Source of the DNA: Paraspadella gotoi | Lineage: Eukaryota > Animalia > Chaetognatha | DNA length: 14,099 nt | Assembly: GCA_051294375.1 (NCBI GenBank) | Contig: JBJCIZ010000408.1 | Span: 1-14,099, forward strand | Direction: 5' to 3' | Shown: in pieces, positions 9,818 through 14,099 of the stretch | Layout: the number at the start of each line of letters is the position of its first letter | How positions within the stretch are numbered: the first letter of the stretch is position 1 | Notes under the pieces: model-generated | The model's input: the letters and a program-made list of their open reading frames with translations, nothing else | Told to the model about the DNA's origin: nothing | Database searches by the model: none | Program-made: the position numbers and the translations under genes

Positions 9818-10261
9818 GTGGTGAACGCAACTCGCACTCTGGCTCCCGAGGAGACCAGCCTTCTCTGCGCTACCATCATTAATTCCATCCTCGTTTTTTT
9901 GGAGATCTTTCTGGCGGGTCTGCTAATTCGATATGGCAGAAGGATCGCCAGAGCCCCCAGTCCCTGGGGAGTCACTTTTGGCGAGGCACTTGACACTGGA
10001 ACCCCATCGGTCCCTGCCGCCAGGAGTCCATCAACTTCCCCTGGACCTGCCACGCCCACTAGAGAATGTGAGAGAGTGGAGTCCACCATCCGGAGATCAA
10101 GGGGAGCTTGTCCGCGGCCTTACCAGGCTTTCACTGTTGGTCGGAGACTTAGTTACACGGCAGGAGAGCCTCAGCCAACAAATGGGGACAGTGATGGAGG
10201 GACTCAACAACAACCGTTCAGAGGTGAGCGAGGAGGCATTGGTGGAGGAGCTAGCAGATGA
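9818..10261 (+). CDS. Putative accessory single-pass membrane protein overlapping the gag 5' end (alternate frame, non-ATG start)
   Basis: N-terminal NAT sequon, hydrophobic LLCATIINSILVFLEIFLAGLLI (9860-9928), basic RYGRRIAR, Pro/Ser/Thr-rich tail; 147 open codons. Confidence 0.4.
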   Translation: MVNATRTLAPEETSLLCATIINSILVFLEIFLAGLLIRYGRRIARAPSPWGVTFGEALDTGTPSVPAARSPSTSPGPATPTRECERVESTIRRSRGACPRPYQAFTVGRRLSYTAGEPQPTNGDSDGGTQQQPFRGERGGIGGGASR

Positions 10262-11251
10262 GGTGGACATGCCAGCGCCGGCAGCCAAGCCGGCTGGGGC
10301 TGTTGCAGAGAACGAGGAGGATGGAGCCGTCGGAGGAGCACAGGCGGCTGGGAGTGGAGGCACCACCGTGGAGGTCCCGATTTCAGCTGGAAAAAGCAGC
10401 ACAACCCTTCGTCTCACGGCACCGGTGAAACCAGACTTTCCTCGTTATGCGGATGGAGATTCCATCCGTGCTTTCTCCACCGCCTTTGAGGGAGAGGCAC
10501 TGGCTTGCAAGGTTCCACGAAAGAACTGGAGAGCAAAGTTCGTCGCTCTTTTGAAGGGATCGGCTTCAACACTGGCCATGAACTTTGTCGTTAGGGAACC
10601 GACATCCACATACGAGGAAGTGCGTGATCATCTCGTGCAGACTTTGGAACGAGAGCAGGACGTGGCAGCACGCTATCGACTGTAGAACGCTTCCAAGGAA
10701 GAAGGTGAAGGCCTTACAGCTTTCGCCGTTAGGCTGAGAAACTTGACCGTTAAAGCTTACGGTCAAGAATACACCAGCCGACAGATAGAGGACAAAGCTC
10801 TCGAGATTTTCTTAAATAATCTCAAAGGGGAGCTTAGCCGACAGATGCGGTTGAGATTCCCCAAGCAGCTGGATGAAGCGGTAGAGATTGCGCGCTCAAT
10901 GGAGATGCTCGGAATCACTGAAGGACAAGCGGCGCTGGTGGCACCCTTTGGAATGACGCCAACGGTGGTGAAGACTTCGAAATGCCCAAACACCAGAAGG
11001 CAGACCCAGTGTGTTGGGGGTGCGATAGAACCGGTCACATGAAGGCTCGATGTTGTGCGCCCTTCATCACGGAAAAACGCTCCTGGGGAAAACTGGTCAA
11101 ACCATTTAAACCATGCTGCGTGGGACTCGAGAAGAAAAGTGGATTCTTCAAAAAGAAGATAGGCCAAGAAGGCGGAGGGAACTTCAAAGGCGAAAGGAGA
11201 TATCCCTCACAAGGACGACAAAGTAATCACCAATACCGCCATCTGTTGTAG
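9933..11251 (+). pseudogene. gag: gag (capsid + CCHC zinc knuckle), interrupted
   Basis: Capsid-like FPRYADGDSIRAF...LLKGSA...TYEEVRDHL. In-frame TAG at 10683-10685, then the same frame continues with MHR-like EGEGLTAFAVRLRNL..KAY. Frameshift near 10980 into CWGCDRTGHMKARC. 3' end uncertain. Confidence 0.9.
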
Positions 11252-11619
11252 CGCGGAGAGGACTTGGGCGGATCGATGCGAAGATCTGCCGCAACCTGGA
11301 GGTGGCGAGGAAGATACGCAACTTCCGGAAGTAAGGACCAACGTGTTGCGAGAGGACTGAAGGAGTGAGGTGACTGGCGTTCGTTCGGTCAACGGATCGC
11401 GTCCGTGGAGGAGCCCGTTACCAAGCATCAACACCGGGTCACGACGTCAATCCGATTGAGCGCCATTGACCGCCGAGAGAAACTGTCAAGGAATCTCTTT
11501 CACCTCGTGCCCAGACGACGCCGCAAGCCGACTCCAAGGAATCTCGAACGCGCCTTCTCCCAACAATTTGTACAAAGGATTCCGGTGAGAGAATGGGGAA
11601 ACAATTTATTTAGTAACAC

Positions 11620-12000
11620 CTGATATTCCCGGTCCATTCTTATCTTTTCGGTAGCTAAGAAATTGTAGACCTCTGTGCCAATGTTATGTTGGATACGGGA
11701 AGTAATGTCAATATCGTTTTCCCATGGATATATTAGAAAAAATCAGGGTTTCGGTTAAAACTATCACCAAGCCATTTAAATTTGGTAGGATGGGGGAGGT
11801 GGTTTAAATCTCCTGGGGGAAGCCTCTGTGCCTTGTTTATGAACAATTGTTCACAAAAAAATTAGATTTCATGTTGTAAAGGAATTCCCGTTTATGTATA
11901 TTGGGTTTAACGGGTATGAAACGTTTTAAAATGCAAATTAACCCAATGAAGGTTTAGTCGGTGCAATAATATAGCTATAAAATATAAAACGAAAAATATC
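11620..12000 (+). pseudogene. Retroviral-type aspartic protease, heavily frameshifted
   Basis: ANVMLDTGSNVNIV with LDTGS at 11689-11703. Confidence 0.8.
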
Positions 12001-12003
12001 CAA

Positions 12004-13725
12004 ATGGGTGAAGTGGCGACAGTTCATCCCGTAACGACGCGATCAGAATGTAATTTAAAATTGGGAGAGACTATCGTCATCCCAGAAGGAAAAGAAATGA
12101 TAACTTACTTAAAACTTACCAAAGAGGTACCTGGTGATATTTGGGAAATTGACTGCGGATTCGCCTGTAGGCGATATGGAATTATCATTTCCAGAGCAGT
12201 AATAAAAAGACAGGAATCAGGAATGGTGCCTGTAGTAATAAAAAATTGGTATAAAGAACCGATAAAGTTATATCGAAATTGCACTATTGGAGTAGCTTCC
12301 CACAGTGAAATCATAATTGATCCGAGTGAGAAAAAACCTTTAATCGATCTTAAGCCTGATCCTGAGGATGGTGGGATTGACATCAGCCCAGATGATCATC
12401 CTGTAGATAAGATCGACCTGAGCCATCTGAAAGGTAAACAAAAGGAACGGGTTGAAACATTACTCAGGAGAAAATATAAAGCTGTATCTAGAGGAGAATG
12501 GGATTTGGGAAAAACTCATTTGGTAGAGCATCACATTGAAATAGATAAGACCAAACCAGGTCATGAGGCTATTGTCGACCCTCCTCGACGTTATCCTCTA
12601 GAAAAACAAAAGGCTATCAGAGAACATATTGAAAAACTTAGAGAGAACAATATAATTGAGGCCTGTAAAAGTAGCCATCGTACTTTTCCCGTCTTGGCGA
12701 GCAAGCGGAAAAAGGATGGCACTTTGGAAAACAATGCCCATATGGCTATAGATTACAGAAAATTAAATAGTTATACGATTCCAGTGAGGATGAGGCAAGT
12801 AGGCCATATACGACTTTCCAATCGCCAAATGGGGAGACATGGCAGTTTCTGCGATGTCCTTTTGGTTTGATAAGTTTGCCCAGTACCTTTGCTTTGTTAG
12901 CTGCAAAGGTTCTGGCTGGAATTTTGTGGCAAAGCGCCTTGGCCTACCTTGACGATATCATTATCTTTTCATCAACCTTTGAGGACCACTTAGAGCATGT
13001 GGAAGAAGTCTTGTGCCGTCTGGAACTGGCGGGTCTAAAGGCGAAACCCTCAAAAATGACCTTGTTCAAAAACTCAATTCACATATTGGGTCATGAGGTC
13101 AGTCCTGAAGGTGTCAGGGCTGACGAAACAAAGTTAGTTGCGGTCAAACATTGGCCAGTACCAAAAACTGTTAAACAGGTACAATCATTTGTGGCCTTTG
13201 CAAATTTCTATCGGAGGTTTGTGCCTGGGTTTTCTGGCATTGCAAAGCCTTTGTATAAGCTCTCAGAAAAAAATGTAGATTTCGAATGGAATGAGGAATG
13301 TCAACAAGCCTTTGAGGAATTGAAAAGGTTGTTATGCGCCGACACTTGTTTGGCGCCACCAGATTTTGAAAAAGAATTCCATTTGTCTATTGATTGGTCA
13401 AATGTGGCAGTAGAATATGAATTGGGTCAGAAGTGTGAACATACAGAAAAAATAAGACCGATACTATATGGGTCACAAGCCCATAGGGGAGTTCAAACTG
13501 ATCCCAAAAGGGAGAGGAGTATAGATTCATCTTATATGGGAGAATTTAAGGCCCTCCTTACGGCTCTGACAGGATGCGAGGCTTACCTTCTGGCCAAAGG
13601 AAACTTCACGGTCCATACGGACTGTCGTAGCCTCTTATATTTACTCCACTCCCGAGAAGTTTCGGCATTTATTTTGCAATGTCTTGGTAAGATTGCCAAA
13701 TTCGGAAAAGACTGGAAAATTGTCC
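12004..13725 (+). pseudogene. pol: pol: spacer domain, reverse transcriptase and RNase H (internal deletion/frameshift at ~12785)
   Basis: HHIE..PPRRYP, IDYRKLN, CPFGL, YLDD (12945-12956), ILGHEVS, NFYRRFVPGFS, WNEECQQAFEELK; RNase H IDWS, EFKAL, FTVHTDCRSL. Confidence 0.95.
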
Positions 13726-14092
13726 TGATCTCAAAGCCCGCGGGACGTAACTGTCGGCATTTGTGCGGCTTTTCAGGAGCTCCCTCCATTTAGCGTCAAT
13801 TTTTTCAACCACCCTGCATGGTCTTTACTCCGTTTTCCTGCAAATTCGCTTCCAATTCTGTCCATCATATAGCTGTTGCCTGATCTTTGATCAAAGACGG
13901 TTCAGCCCGTAGCCTGCAGGTCAGCCTCTCAGCTTTTCCCGAGCCGCTCCTTGTGATTACCGGCGCTATCCTCTCACTGATTTCCTCTCTGTCTGCTACA
14001 GACCTCCGCCCAAGTCCCTGGGTGGGTGGAACATCTAAACCTGAATGCGCGACAATGCATCTGCAGCAACATTTCGGATTCCTGGGAACCAT
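13726..14092 (-). pseudogene. pol: Inverted continuation of pol (RNase H C-terminus and linker towards integrase)
   Basis: Minus strand reads PGIRNVAADALSRIQ from ~14085, the motif expected right after the plus-strand KDWKIV. Confidence 0.85.
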
Positions 14093-14099
14093 GGACAAC

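Larger units (their letters stand above)
9346..14099 (+). mobile_element. Degraded Ty3/gypsy LTR retrotransposon (3' part beyond window)
   Basis: LTR-PBS-gag-PR-RT-RNase H order with recognisable motifs; no integrase before RT. Confidence 0.95.

Noticed and set aside
10683-10685. Programmed readthrough of TAG in gag
   Set aside because: It falls in the middle of the capsid domain of a copy with many other lesions; a point mutation is more parsimonious.
11596-11602. G GGA AAC -1 slippery site for gag-pol
   Set aside because: In frame with a local ORF, but the -1 frame stops within a few codons and the region is too full of indels to establish the true junction.
9763-13789. Antisense ORFs over gag/pol
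   Set aside because: Shadow frames of coding sequence with no recognisable motifs.

Overview
AT-rich eukaryotic (probably invertebrate) genomic DNA, made almost entirely of nested and decayed transposable elements. The right third (9346-14099) is a degraded Ty3/gypsy LTR retrotransposon. It has a 5' LTR (TGTAACG...CGTTACA), a tRNA-Arg-like PBS, gag with a CCHC knuckle, protease, a dUTPase-like spacer, RT and RNase H. It carries a nonsense codon, frameshifts, an RT deletion and a ~367-bp inversion at the RNase H C-terminus. Between PBS and gag lies an overlapping ORF with a single transmembrane helix and a basic tail, which could be a small FAST-like fusogen; this is the most interesting candidate and is inferred only. 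Other features: the 5' end of a second LTR element on the minus strand (1-546); a palindrome-capped higher-order satellite containing CCCTAA telomeric repeats (~935-2017); a Penelope-like fragment with a minimal hammerhead ribozyme and 12-bp TSD (4165-4670); a short Helitron-like element; inverted 18-bp minisatellite arrays around a tRNA-derived sequence; and one or two unidentified candidate host exons on the minus strand. No database searches were run.
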